In this document: positions 9,830-19,835 of the stretch, in pieces | How the letters are laid out: each line of letters begins with the position of its first letter | How positions within the stretch are numbered: position 1 is the stretch's first letter | Origin: an uncultured Gemmatimonadota bacterium | GTDB lineage: Bacteria > SM23-81 > DAOVCL01 | Length of the DNA: 54,482 nt | NCBI GenBank assembly: GCA_964626665.1 | Contig: CAZVGK010000024.1 | Coordinates: 1 to 54,482, forward strand | Reading direction: 5' to 3' | Position numbers and translations under genes: made by a program | The notes under the pieces: model-generated | What the model saw: the letters and a program-made list of their open reading frames with translations, nothing else | Databases searched by the model: none | What the model was told of the DNA's origin: nothing

Positions 9830-10820
9830 GAGGGTAACCCAGGAGGCTCAAAAAAGGATGGGGGTGGCCCAAACCCCTGAGGAGATCGAGAAAATTAGAC
9901 TTGATCTCCTGGGCAGAAAGGGGAAGCTAACCCAGCTCCTGCGGGGGTTGAAGAACCTGCCTCCAGCCATTAGGCCAGAGGTGGGGAAGGCGGCCAATTT
10001 GGTCAAGGCCCAGTTGGAGGCGGCCTTCAAGGAGAGGATGGAATCCCTTTCCCCTCCTGAGCAAAGGAGGGAAACCATCGATGTTACCCTTCCGGGAAGG
10101 AGATCCTGGGGGGGGAGTATCCATCCCTTAACCCTTACCTTGCAGAGGATAGTGGAGATCTTCTATGGGATGGGTTTTGCTACTGTCGAGGGGCCGGAGA
10201 TAGAGACCGATTATTACAACTTCGAGGCCCTGAATATGCCCTCCGATCATCCGGCCAGGGATATGCAGGACACCTATTACCTGGGCAAAGATATCCTTTT
10301 ACGCACCCAGACCTCCCCGGTGCAGATCAGGGTGATGGAGAAATCCCAGCCCCCCATAAGGATAATCGCTCCGGGAAGGGTCTACCGCCATGAGGCCATC
10401 AACGCCCGCAGTTTCACCGTCTTCTACCAGGTGGAAGGGCTCTATGTGGATAAGAGAGTGACCTTCGGTCATCTGAAGGGGGTCTTGGCTGGCTTCATCG
10501 AGGAGTTCTTTGGCCGCGGGATACCCCTCCGCTTCCGCCCCAGCTTCTTCCCCTTTACCGAACCAAGTGCCGAGGTGGACATTAGGTGTGTGCTCTGTGG
10601 GGGGAAGGGTTGTCCCGTCTGTAAACAGAGGGGATGGCTGGAGATCTTGGGGGCGGGGATGGTGGACCCCGCTGTTTTTCAAGCCGTTGGTTATGACCCA
10701 GATAGGTGGAGCGGCTATGCCTTTGGCCTGGGCGTAGATCGCCTGGCCTTGCTCAAGTATGGGATCGACGACATCAGGCTCTTCTATGAGAATGACCTCA
10801 GGTTTTTGAGCCAGTTCTGA
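9807..10820 (+). CDS. pheS: Phenylalanine--tRNA ligase alpha subunit
   Basis: [34 protein letters not shown]. Confidence 0.98.
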   Translation: MGLKAELERVTQEAQKRMGVAQTPEEIEKIRLDLLGRKGKLTQLLRGLKNLPPAIRPEVGKAANLVKAQLEAAFKERMESLSPPEQRRETIDVTLPGRRSWGGSIHPLTLTLQRIVEIFYGMGFATVEGPEIETDYYNFEALNMPSDHPARDMQDTYYLGKDILLRTQTSPVQIRVMEKSQPPIRIIAPGRVYRHEAINARSFTVFYQVEGLYVDKRVTFGHLKGVLAGFIEEFFGRGIPLRFRPSFFPFTEPSAEVDIRCVLCGGKGCPVCKQRGWLEILGAGMVDPAVFQAVGYDPDRWSGYAFGLGVDRLALLKYGIDDIRLFYENDLRFLSQF

Positions 10821-10851
10821 ATCCAAAATATGCAATAACCACCGCATCTCT

Positions 10852-10964
10852 GGAACACGAATGACACGGGGAAAAGCAATTATGAATTGAGAATTAAGAA
10901 TGAGGTTTGTGCTGGTCATTCGTGATTCTTGTTTTTCTGTGCATAGTCCGTGGTGAAATAACTA
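10852..10964. repeat. Dispersed inverted-repeat element (family C) similar to 14131-14282
   Basis: AATAACCAC...CACGAATGACACGGGGAAAA and TTTTCTGTGCATAGTCCGTGG arms resemble those at 14131-14282. Confidence 0.45.
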
Positions 10965-11072
10965 CAAAATTTCCAGGAAAATACCATAGGTAATTCTTTG
11001 TTTTATAACACTTTTCGCCAAGGCAGCCTGAAAGACCTTAAAAAAAGCTCTGCCCCAAAAACTTTCTGATGG

Positions 11073-11146
11073 GTAGCCGCAGGCTTTAGTAAGCGAAGAT
11101 AAGCCTTATAAATCAACCAATTAAGCAACCTGAAGGTTGCGGCTAC
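11073..11146. repeat. GTAG-family REP doublet
   Basis: GTAGCCGCAGGCTTTAG ... GCAACCTGAAGGTTGCGGCTAC; similar copy at 28304-28355. Confidence 0.65.
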
Positions 11147-11200
11147 TCAATTTTCAGCCTTTTAAGGTGCAGTTATAAAATATAATTTGGTTTTGCAGAG

Positions 11201-13549
11201 ATGAGGATAAGCTACAACTGGTTGAAGGAGTGGGTGAAATTTGATCTACCCCCGGAGGGACTGGCCGAAAGGCTCACCCTAACCGGCACGGAGATAGAGA
11301 AGGTAGAACATCTCACCCCTAACTTCAAGGGGGTGGTCACCGCTAGGGTGAATTCCCTCAGCAGGAAGGGGAAACTTTCCATTTGCCAGGTGGATAAAGG
11401 TGGTGATGCGGTTATGGTGGTCTGTGGTGCCCCCAATGTGGAGGAGGGACTTCTCGTTCCCTTGGCCTTACCAGGGGCGCTGCTTCCGGGAGGAAGGGAG
11501 ATCGTGGTAAAGGAAATTGGAGGGGTGCAGTCCCAGGGAATGATTTGCTCAGAGGCCGAATTGGGGCTCTCCACCTATGGGGAGGGGATAATGGCCTTAG
11601 GAGGTGATTATCCTTTGGGCATCCCCTTAGAGGAGGCTCTCCCCTTAGATGACTACATTTTGGAGGCCGATCTCACCCCCAACCGCCCAGACTGTATGTC
11701 AATTTTAGGGGTGGCGCGGGAGGTTGCGGCCATTCTCCATCTCCCCTTTAACCCTCCCCCCTCATCATCCCCGCAGGCTAGCGGGAAGGAAGTTGGGGTG
11801 GAGGTAGAGGATAAGGAGGGTTGCCCCCGCTACACCGCCCGCATTATAGAAGGGGTGAAGGTTTCCCCCTCCCCCTTTTGGCTGCGCCGCAGGCTGGAGT
11901 CTGCCGGGGTAAGGCCGATAAACAATGTGGTGGATGTAACCAACTATGTGATGTTGGAGAGAGGTCAGCCCCTGCATAGCTTTGACTGGGATAGGATAAG
12001 GGACCAGAGGATAAGGGTGAGGAGGTCTTATCCCGGGGAGAGCTTGCTCACCCTGGATAATCAGGAGAGAGATTTGGGGGAGGGAACCCTCCTCATCTGT
12101 GACGGCCAGGGGCCAGTGGCCATCGCCGGAATAATGGGGGGGATGGAGACTGAGGTGAAGGAGAAGACGAGGAACCTGCTTGTGGAAAGCGCCTATTTCG
12201 ATCCCCGCATAATTAGGAGGGGGTCTAAGGGGTTGGGGCTGGTCTCCGAATCATCTCAGAGGTTTGAAAGGGGGGTGGATCCACTGGGGCTTGTCCCGGC
12301 GCAAGAGAGGGCAGCTCAGTTCCTCCTCCAATTGGCCCAAGCCAGTGGGGTGGGGAAGGTTGTCGATTGCTCCGCAAAGGAGTTTCCCCCCCCGAAGATT
12401 AGGCTCAGGGAAAAGAGGGTAAATCAGATTTTGGGATTTCAGCTAAGGGGGAAGGAGATAACCGATCTCCTCTCCCCCTTGGGATTTGAGCAAAAGGAGA
12501 AAGGCCTCTTCTCCGTTCCGGGATATAGGCCCGATGTGACCAGGGAGATCGACCTCATTGAGGAGGTGGCCCGGGTCTATGGCTATGAGGGGATTCCCGC
12601 TGATAAGCGGGCTGGTGGTCTTCTCCCGGTGCGGGTAAGCCTGCGGGAGAGGAGGCTGAGAAGGATAAGGGAAATCCTCTTGGGGCAGGGGTTGCGGGAG
12701 GTGGTTACCAACTCCCTGATAGATCCTGGTTGGGCGGAGATCAGCGGATACAAGGGGGAATTGGTCAGGCTTCTTAACCCCTTGAGCCGCGAACTCTCCT
12801 GCCTGCGGCCCACCCTCTTGCCCTCCCTTCTTTGGGTAACCAACCTGAACCTGAGGAGGGGAACGAAGGGGATAAGGATCTACGAGCTGGGAAAGGTCTT
12901 TTCCCCCCAGGAAGGGATGAGGTTAAGCGGTCTGATTACCGGTCCCCAATCCCCCCTCTACTGGGGAGAGAAGGGTAGGGATGCTGATTTCTTCTCGTTG
13001 AAAGGGATTGTGGAGGCCTTTCTTGAAGGTCTTAGATTGGATGAGGTGAGTTTTGCCCCCGGGAATGAGCCCCCATATGAGGAGGGGGAGATGGCCCTTC
13101 TTCTCATTGGGGGGGAGAGAAAGGGAATCCTGGGTAGATTGTCCCCCCAGCTAGGCCATAAGTTTGATATAGAGGAAGATGTTTTTTGTTTTGACCTAAA
13201 TATTGACTCCGTTTTGAGGTTTATTCCCTTGGAGCAGAGGTTCGTCCCCCCCACAAAGTTTCCTCCGGTGAAGAGGGATCTGGCGATCTTGGTCTCCCAG
13301 GAGGTGTCGGTGGCCCAGATTAGGGGGGCCATATTGGAGTTGGGTGCGCCCTTAGTTAAAGAGCTCCATCTCTTTGACCTTTACCAGGGAGAGCAGGTGC
13401 CCCCAGGAGAGAAGAGCCTGGCCTTTTCCCTCAATTTTAGCTCATTCCATTCCACCCTTACTGATCAAGAGGTAAAGGAGGTTCAGGGGAGGATACTGCA
13501 GGGATTGCAGGGAAGGTTTGGGGCCAGGATAAGGGGGGAGGGGAGATGA
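11201..13549 (+). CDS. pheT: Phenylalanine--tRNA ligase beta subunit
   Basis: MRISYNWLKE, VCGAPNV, TPNRPDC, RFERGVD, C-terminal FDX-ACB domain. Confidence 0.98.
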   Translation: MRISYNWLKEWVKFDLPPEGLAERLTLTGTEIEKVEHLTPNFKGVVTARVNSLSRKGKLSICQVDKGGDAVMVVCGAPNVEEGLLVPLALPGALLPGGREIVVKEIGGVQSQGMICSEAELGLSTYGEGIMALGGDYPLGIPLEEALPLDDYILEADLTPNRPDCMSILGVAREVAAILHLPFNPPPSSSPQASGKEVGVEVEDKEGCPRYTARIIEGVKVSPSPFWLRRRLESAGVRPINNVVDVTNYVMLERGQPLHSFDWDRIRDQRIRVRRSYPGESLLTLDNQERDLGEGTLLICDGQGPVAIAGIMGGMETEVKEKTRNLLVESAYFDPRIIRRGSKGLGLVSESSQRFERGVDPLGLVPAQERAAQFLLQLAQASGVGKVVDCSAKEFPPPKIRLREKRVNQILGFQLRGKEITDLLSPLGFEQKEKGLFSVPGYRPDVTREIDLIEEVARVYGYEGIPADKRAGGLLPVRVSLRERRLRRIREILLGQGLREVVTNSLIDPGWAEISGYKGELVRLLNPLSRELSCLRPTLLPSLLWVTNLNLRRGTKGIRIYELGKVFSPQEGMRLSGLITGPQSPLYWGEKGRDADFFSLKGIVEAFLEGLRLDEVSFAPGNEPPYEEGEMALLLIGGERKGILGRLSPQLGHKFDIEEDVFCFDLNIDSVLRFIPLEQRFVPPTKFPPVKRDLAILVSQEVSVAQIRGAILELGAPLVKELHLFDLYQGEQVPPGEKSLAFSLNFSSFHSTLTDQEVKEVQGRILQGLQGRFGARIRGEGR

Positions 13550-13743
13550 AGTCATTGGATAGATTGGAGGGAACAGTGGAGAGGGCTCTCCAGGAGATGG
13601 GGAGCTTAAGGGAGGAGAATGGGAGGTTGCGGCAGGAGATCCAGAAGCTAAAGGGAATTGACCCCCTGCGCAAAGGGGAGGTTTTCACCAAACTCAAGGC
13701 AGTAATTGAAAAATTAGATTCGTTTTCCATCACGAAATCATAA
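13546..13743 (+). CDS. Small coiled-coil protein (ZapB-like)
   Basis: 65-aa heptad-rich ORF at the usual position between pheT and zapA. Confidence 0.7.
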   Translation: MKSLDRLEGTVERALQEMGSLREENGRLRQEIQKLKGIDPLRKGEVFTKLKAVIEKLDSFSITKS

Positions 13744-13747
13744 AAGT

Positions 13748-14035
13748 ATGGCGGATACCATTAGAGTGGAGATTTTTGGCACGGAATATCCCATCAAGGG
13801 CGATGTGGATTCCGGTTATATAGAGAAGGTAGCCAGGTATGTGGATAAGAAGATGAGGGAGGTGGCCGAGGAGCACTCCTTGGTCTCCCCCTCTAAGGTG
13901 GCCATCCTGGCGGCTATGTGCATAACCGATGAGCTTTTTCGGGAGAGGGAGGAAGGGGAGGAGCTTACCACCCAGATAGAATCACAGGTGGAGAAGCTCA
14001 ACCGCAGATTGGAGGAGGGTTTAAGGGGGAAATAG
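13748..14035 (+). CDS. zapA: Cell division protein ZapA
   Basis: VEIFGTEY, VARYVDKKM, AILAAMCITDEL. Confidence 0.92.
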   Translation: MADTIRVEIFGTEYPIKGDVDSGYIEKVARYVDKKMREVAEEHSLVSPSKVAILAAMCITDELFREREEGEELTTQIESQVEKLNRRLEEGLRGK

Positions 14036-14059
14036 TTCCCTTTTCCCTTCTTACTTTTA

Positions 14060-14170
14060 ATTTCCGCTGTTTTCGTGATGGTTTCCTGGGGGGATTGGCT
14101 TCAGGATGTTACGGATCAGTGGTTTTTTTTGTAATAACCACCATGATAATCACGGACCAGCACAGAAGAA
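14060..14170 (+). ncRNA. Possible (short or disrupted) 6S RNA
   Basis: Canonical ssrS position zapA-X-rny; CGCTG..TCGTGAT can pair with ATCACGG..CAGC; overlaps a family C repeat, so weak. Confidence 0.25.
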
Positions 14171-14312
14171 AATATGAAATGGGGTAACAGTCAAGGGGGG
14201 TCAGGGATCAGGAATAGCCAGCATAAGTTTCATTTTTAATTTTTAATTGCATTTTCCCGTGAGGTTCCGTGGTTAATCGTTACTTTTTTTTAAACTATGA
14301 AGGAGACCATAA

Positions 14313-15869
14313 ATGGGTGTTGAACTGGCAATAGCTGTGGCAATAGCGGCGGTTTTTCTGGCCTTTGGTTGGTTTTTACGAAAGGGCATCGGGGAGGGAA
14401 AGCTAAGGAGGGCAGAGGAGCTTGCCGCGAGGATCATCTCCGATGCCCAGAAAGAGGCCGAGATAAAGAAGAAGGAGGCCCTGCTCAATGCCAAGGATGA
14501 ATGGTATCGGGCTAAGTCGAAGTTCGAGAGGGAGACAAGGGCCAAAAGGTCTGATTTGACCAGATCGGAGAAAGCGCTAGCGGAGAGGGAGTCAAGCCTG
14601 GATCGTAAGGTGGATATCCTCTCTCGCAAGGAGAGGGACATCCAGGGGAGGGAGAGGACCCTTTCGGCCAAGGAGAGGGGGATAGGGGCCAAGGAGGGGG
14701 AGCTCTCCCGGCTGATTGGAGAGGAGAACAGGAGGCTGGAGAGGATTGCCGGGATGAGTTCTGAGGAGGCCAAGAGGCACCTCATCCAGAACTTGGAGTC
14801 TCAGGCCAGGCATGAGGCCGCCCAGCTCGTTAAGCAGATCAAAAATGAGGCTCAGGAGAAGGCGGAGAGGGAAGCCAGGGAGATAATAGTCTCCGCGGTG
14901 CAGAGGTGTGCTGCAGGCCATACGGTAGAGAGCACTGTCTCGGTTGTCTCCCTGCCCAGCGATGAGATGAAGGGGAGGATAATTGGCCGGGAAGGGAGGA
15001 ACATCCGCTCATTTGAGACGGCCACCGGGGTTGATGTGATAGTTGATGATACTCCAGAGGCGGTCATCCTCTCCGGTTATGACCCGGTCAGGAGGGAGGT
15101 AGCCAGGATAGCCTTGGAGAAGCTCATCCTCGATGGGAGGATACACCCGGGAAGGATCGAGGAGATGGTGGCCAAGGCGGACAAGGAGATGGAGGAGATG
15201 ATTAAACAGGCCGGGGAAGAGGCCTGCCTGGATACCGGGGTGGTTGGCATCCATCCCAAGTTGGTTGGATACTTAGGAAAGCTTAAATACAGAACAAGTT
15301 ATGGCCAAAATGTGCTCCAGCACTCCAAGGAGGTTTCCCTCCTTGCCGGTTTAATGGCTGCCGAGCTTGACCTCGATCCGGCAATGGCCAAGAGGGCCGG
15401 CCTGCTGCATGATATAGGAAAGTCCATAGATCGGGAGATGGAAGGGCCTCATACCCAGATCGGCTACGAGTTAGCCAAGAAGTTTAACGAATCACCGGAG
15501 GTCTTGAATGCCATTTTAGGCCACCATGAGGATGTGGAGCCTACCTCCCTGATCACCGTTTTGGTGGAGGCGGCGGATGCCATCTCCGGGGCCCGCCCGG
15601 GAGCTCGCCGGGAGACCTTGGAGGGATATATTAGGAGATTGGAGAAGTTAGAGGATATCGCCGATTCCTTCTCTGGCGTCTCCAAGGCCTATGCCATCCA
15701 GGCCGGGAGGGAAATAAGGGTGATAGTAGAACCGAGGAAGATCGACGATGAGAAGGCTGAGGAGCTGGTTGATGATATCGCCGAGAGGATCCAGTCGGAG
15801 ATGGAGTATCCAGGGCAGATAAAGGTCACCGTAATCAGAGAGACCAGGGCGGTTGGCTATGCCAAATAA
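14313..15869 (+). CDS. rny: Ribonuclease Y
   Basis: N-terminal TM, coiled coil, KH ([12 protein letters not shown]), HD (LLHDIGK). Confidence 0.98.
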   Translation: MGVELAIAVAIAAVFLAFGWFLRKGIGEGKLRRAEELAARIISDAQKEAEIKKKEALLNAKDEWYRAKSKFERETRAKRSDLTRSEKALAERESSLDRKVDILSRKERDIQGRERTLSAKERGIGAKEGELSRLIGEENRRLERIAGMSSEEAKRHLIQNLESQARHEAAQLVKQIKNEAQEKAEREAREIIVSAVQRCAAGHTVESTVSVVSLPSDEMKGRIIGREGRNIRSFETATGVDVIVDDTPEAVILSGYDPVRREVARIALEKLILDGRIHPGRIEEMVAKADKEMEEMIKQAGEEACLDTGVVGIHPKLVGYLGKLKYRTSYGQNVLQHSKEVSLLAGLMAAELDLDPAMAKRAGLLHDIGKSIDREMEGPHTQIGYELAKKFNESPEVLNAILGHHEDVEPTSLITVLVEAADAISGARPGARRETLEGYIRRLEKLEDIADSFSGVSKAYAIQAGREIRVIVEPRKIDDEKAEELVDDIAERIQSEMEYPGQIKVTVIRETRAVGYAK

Positions 15870-16662
15870 GAGGGTGCGCATACTTTTTGCCTCAGATGTG
15901 GTGGGGAAGGCCGGGCGGCGGGTCCTTTCCCAGGTTATTCCCCTGCTGCGGCGGGAGAAGGGGGTGGACCTCTGCGTGGCCAATGGGGAGAATGCGGCCG
16001 GTGGTTTTGGGATCACCGCTAATATAGTGGGGAAGCTCTACTCCTATGGAGTGGATGTGATCACCTCGGGGAACCATATCTGGGACAGAAAGGAGGTCTT
16101 GGATTATATCGGTGAGGACGAGAGGTTGCTGCGCCCGGCCAACTATCCACCCCAGGCCCCGGGTAGGGGCTGGGGCGTCTACGACTCCGCGGGAGGGGTG
16201 AAGGTGGGGGTTTTGAACCTCCAGGGGAGGGTTTACCTTCCCTCCATAGACTGTCCCTTCCGCGTCGCCTCCCTGGGGCTGGAGGCCTTAAAAGAGGAGG
16301 CCAAGGTGATCATCGTGGATATGCATGCCGAGGCCACCTCAGAGAAGCAGGCAATGGGTTGGTATTTAGATGGGAAGGTCTCCGCGGTGATCGGCACCCA
16401 CACCCATGTGCCCACCGCAGATGAGACCATCCTCCCTCAGGGGACCGCCTATATCACCGATGTGGGGATGTGTGGGGCCTATGATTCGGTTATCGGAATG
16501 GACAAATCAGTTGTCCTCTCCCGGTTTACCACCCAGATACCTTATAGGTTCATCCCAGCCAAGGGGGATCTGAGGTTCAGCGGACTTCTTTTGGATGTGG
16601 ACCCCGCCACGGGCAGGGCTTTAGAAGTGGAGAGGGTAAGGATCGACCTGGAGGAGGAGTGA
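15859..16662 (+). CDS. ymdB: YmdB/TIGR00282 metallophosphoesterase
   Basis: [32 protein letters not shown]. Confidence 0.95.
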   Translation: MPNKRVRILFASDVVGKAGRRVLSQVIPLLRREKGVDLCVANGENAAGGFGITANIVGKLYSYGVDVITSGNHIWDRKEVLDYIGEDERLLRPANYPPQAPGRGWGVYDSAGGVKVGVLNLQGRVYLPSIDCPFRVASLGLEALKEEAKVIIVDMHAEATSEKQAMGWYLDGKVSAVIGTHTHVPTADETILPQGTAYITDVGMCGAYDSVIGMDKSVVLSRFTTQIPYRFIPAKGDLRFSGLLLDVDPATGRALEVERVRIDLEEE

Positions 16663-17546
16663 ATGCCCAGATAATCGATGGAAAGGGGATAGCAGCGGAG
16701 ATCACCAAGGAGTTGCAGGGGGAGGTGGCGGGGTTAAAAAGGGAGGGGATTACCCCGGGGTTGACGGTGATCCTGGTGGGTGATGATCCCGCTTCCCAGA
16801 TCTATGTGCGAAACAAGTCTGCTGCCTGTGAAAGGGTAGGCATCCACTCGGAGACCAAGAGGTTTCCCCGGGAGACGACCACCGAGGAGTTGCTCTACCT
16901 GGTGGGGGAACTCAATGAACGGGGGGATATCCATGGCATCTTGGTGCAGCTTCCCCTTCCCTCCCACATAGATGCCAAGCTCATCCTTACCACCCTTTCC
17001 CCGCTGAAGGATGTCGATGGCTTCTCCCCGGTTAGTCTGGGGATGATGCTCTGGGGCCAACTCACATTTACCCCTTGCACCCCGGCGGGGATCCTGGAGC
17101 TGTTGCGGAGGTCGGGGGTGGACCCCCAGGGGAAGAGGGCGGTAATCGTGGGCCGCAGCAAGCTAGTTGGCCTCCCCTTGGCCAACCTCTTGGCCCTCAA
17201 GCGCAAAGGGGGGAATGCCACCGTTACCCTCTGCCATAGCCTCACCCCGCAGCTTTCCTCTCTCACCAGGGAGGCCGATATCTTGGTGGCTGCACTGGGC
17301 AAGCCCCAGTTCATCAAGGGGGAGATGATCAAAAAGGGGGCGGTGGTCATCGATGTGGGGATAAACAGGGTGGAGGATCCTACCCGCCAGCGCGGATATA
17401 GGCTGGTGGGTGATGTGGATTTTGATTCGGTCCGGCAGGTGGCTTCGGCCATCACCCCTGTCCCCGGAGGGGTAGGGCCAATGACCGTGGCTATGTTGTT
17501 GCGGAACACCGTGCAGGCGGCAAGGTGGAGTCATCTAAAGAAGTAG
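16659..17546 (+). CDS. folD: Methylenetetrahydrofolate dehydrogenase/cyclohydrolase
   Basis: YVRNK, VQLPLP, KDVDG, PCTP, TPVPGGVGPMT. Confidence 0.97.
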   Translation: MNAQIIDGKGIAAEITKELQGEVAGLKREGITPGLTVILVGDDPASQIYVRNKSAACERVGIHSETKRFPRETTTEELLYLVGELNERGDIHGILVQLPLPSHIDAKLILTTLSPLKDVDGFSPVSLGMMLWGQLTFTPCTPAGILELLRRSGVDPQGKRAVIVGRSKLVGLPLANLLALKRKGGNATVTLCHSLTPQLSSLTREADILVAALGKPQFIKGEMIKKGAVVIDVGINRVEDPTRQRGYRLVGDVDFDSVRQVASAITPVPGGVGPMTVAMLLRNTVQAARWSHLKK

Positions 17547-18766
17547 AGAATCAACCTATCTACTCGGTTAGCCAAATCAACCGAGAGATCAGGCTTATCT
17601 TAGAGGAGAACCTACCTATTCTTTGGGTGGAGGGAGAGATCTCCAACTGGCTTCATCATCCCTCCGGCCATTGCTATTTTTCCCTGAAGGACAAGGACTC
17701 TCAACTGAGATGTGTGCTCTGGCGGGATCAGGCCCGGGATTTGAGCTTTACCCCGGAGGATGGGATGAAGGTCTTGGTAAATGGGCAGATTACTGTCTAT
17801 GAGAGGGGGGGCCAGTATCAGCTCAACTGTTTCCGGCTGAAGCCCGCCGGGGTGGGGGAGTTGGGCTTGGCCTTTGAGCGGTTGAAGAGGAGATTAGAGA
17901 GGGAGGGGCTCTTTGATCCTCAGCACAGACTTCCCCTTCCCCCATTTCCGGAGAGGATTGGGGTGGTCACCTCCCCCTCCGGGGCGGCCATCAGGGACAT
18001 CATCAAGGTTGTGGGGAAGAGGTCCCCTTGGGCTCAGATCGTCTTAGCTCCCGTGTTGGTGCAGGGGCCAGGGGCCGCGGAGCAGATAGCCCAGGCGATC
18101 AGAGATTTCAACCTCTTGGGGGGGGTAGATCTCCTTATTGTCGGTCGGGGAGGGGGGTCCATAGAGGATCTTTGGGCCTTTAATGAGGAGGAGGTGGCCA
18201 GGGCCATCTTCTCCTCTCAACTTCCCATAATATCGGCTGTAGGCCACGAGATAGACTTTACCATCTCCGACTTTGTCGCTGATGCCCGCGCTCCCACCCC
18301 TTCGGCGGCGGCGGAGCTGGCCACCCGGGATCAGGGGGAACTGCGGGGGAAGTTGGAGTCCTGGGGGGAGAGGATGGCGAGGCGGATGACCGGGATGGTT
18401 GAGGAGATAGGGAGGAGGCTTGACCGCATAAGCCAAAGCTATGGTTTCCGCCGCCCAGCGGATCTCCTTGCCCAATTTGTGCAGAGGAATGATGAATTGG
18501 AGAGAAGGCTGATGCAGGCTATGCAGCACCTCTTAGAGCTGCGGGGGAGCAAGCTCTCCGGCTTAAAGGCCAGGCTGCGCTCCCTGGGTCCACCGGCCAT
18601 CCTGCAGAGGGGATACAGCATCTGCCGGAAACTTCCGGATAAAGAGGTGGTGCGCAGGGCATCCCAGCTCACCCCGGGTGGGGGGATAGAGGTGATCTTC
18701 TCGGTGGGCCGGATAGCGGGGAAGGTGGAGACCGTGGAGGAGGGCAATGGAAAAGAGAGGATTTGA
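17525..18766 (+). CDS. xseA: Exodeoxyribonuclease VII large subunit
   Basis: VEGEISN, GHCYFSLKD, RGGGSIEDLWAFNEE, TPSAAAE. Confidence 0.97.
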   Translation: MESSKEVENQPIYSVSQINREIRLILEENLPILWVEGEISNWLHHPSGHCYFSLKDKDSQLRCVLWRDQARDLSFTPEDGMKVLVNGQITVYERGGQYQLNCFRLKPAGVGELGLAFERLKRRLEREGLFDPQHRLPLPPFPERIGVVTSPSGAAIRDIIKVVGKRSPWAQIVLAPVLVQGPGAAEQIAQAIRDFNLLGGVDLLIVGRGGGSIEDLWAFNEEEVARAIFSSQLPIISAVGHEIDFTISDFVADARAPTPSAAAELATRDQGELRGKLESWGERMARRMTGMVEEIGRRLDRISQSYGFRRPADLLAQFVQRNDELERRLMQAMQHLLELRGSKLSGLKARLRSLGPPAILQRGYSICRKLPDKEVVRRASQLTPGGGIEVIFSVGRIAGKVETVEEGNGKERI

Positions 18767-18980
18767 GGAGCTTATGGGGAGGCTGGAGGAGATCGTGGGG
18801 AAGTTGGAGTCGGGGGACCTGCCCTTAGAGGAGTCGTTGGATCTCTTTGAGGAAGGGGTGGGGATATTCAAGCTCTGCACCAAGAGGCTGGAGGGGGCGC
18901 AGGTGAGGGTGCAGAGGTTGGTAAAGGACCTCAAGGGGGAATTTTATCTTACCCCCCTGGAAGGGGAGAATGGACTTTAG
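18747..18980 (+). CDS. xseB: Exodeoxyribonuclease VII small subunit
   Basis: FEELMGRLEEIV..LE..LPLEESL..FEEG. Confidence 0.95.
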   Translation: MEKRGFEELMGRLEEIVGKLESGDLPLEESLDLFEEGVGIFKLCTKRLEGAQVRVQRLVKDLKGEFYLTPLEGENGL

Positions 18981-19833
18981 GGCCTATATGGAGGAGAAGA
19001 GGGCCTTGGTGAACGAGGCCCTCAACCAATACCTGCCATCCCCTAAGAAGAGGTCCCGCCGGCTGCATCAGGCGATGAGGTACAGTTGCTTTGCTGGCGG
19101 AAAGAGGCTGCGGCCCATCTTGGCCATAAACTCCTTTGAACTTACTGGAGGGAAGGGGGAGGGAATACTCCCGTCCGCCTGCGGCCTGGAGCTCATTCAC
19201 ACCTATTCCCTCATCCACGATGATCTCCCCTCTATGGACGATGACGATCTGCGGCGGGGCAAACTCACCCTGCATCGGGCTTTTGATGAGGGGCTGGCCC
19301 TTTTGGCCGGGGATGCCCTGCATGCCTTGGCCTTTGAGCTTCTGGCCTCCTCAGGTAACCCGCGGCTAGTGCAGGAGGTCGCCCAGGCGATAGGGAGTCA
19401 GGGGATAATTGGAGGTCAGGTCGCCGATCTGGAGGCTGAGGGGGTAAAGGTTGGTCGGCGAGAGGTGGAGTATATACATTTACACAAGACCGCTGCCCTG
19501 TTTCGGGTATCCCTCCGCCTGGGGGCCATCCTTAGCGGAGGCTCTGCGGAGGAGCTTGCTTGCCTCTCCAAGTATGGGGAGAGGTTGGGTCTCCTTTTTC
19601 AGATCGTGGACGATATTTTGGATGTGGAGGGGGAGAAGGAGAAGTTGGGGAAGCCGGTGGGCTCTGATCAGCGCCGCGGCAAGGCTACTTACCCTTCCGT
19701 CTGGGGGATGGCTGAGGCAAAGCGAGAGGCGGAGAGGCTGGCGGGATTGGCCCAGAGGGATGTGAGGAGGTTGGGGCCTAAGGCCGGGTTTCTCCATTGG
19801 CTGCCGGAATTTATCCTTACCAGGAGGGGATAG
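18970..19833 (+). CDS. ispA: Farnesyl/geranylgeranyl diphosphate synthase
   Basis: GGKRLRP, HDDLPSMDDDDLRRG, FQIVDDILD. Confidence 0.95.
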   Translation: MDFRAYMEEKRALVNEALNQYLPSPKKRSRRLHQAMRYSCFAGGKRLRPILAINSFELTGGKGEGILPSACGLELIHTYSLIHDDLPSMDDDDLRRGKLTLHRAFDEGLALLAGDALHALAFELLASSGNPRLVQEVAQAIGSQGIIGGQVADLEAEGVKVGRREVEYIHLHKTAALFRVSLRLGAILSGGSAEELACLSKYGERLGLLFQIVDDILDVEGEKEKLGKPVGSDQRRGKATYPSVWGMAEAKREAERLAGLAQRDVRRLGPKAGFLHWLPEFILTRRG

Positions 19834-19835
19834 GG

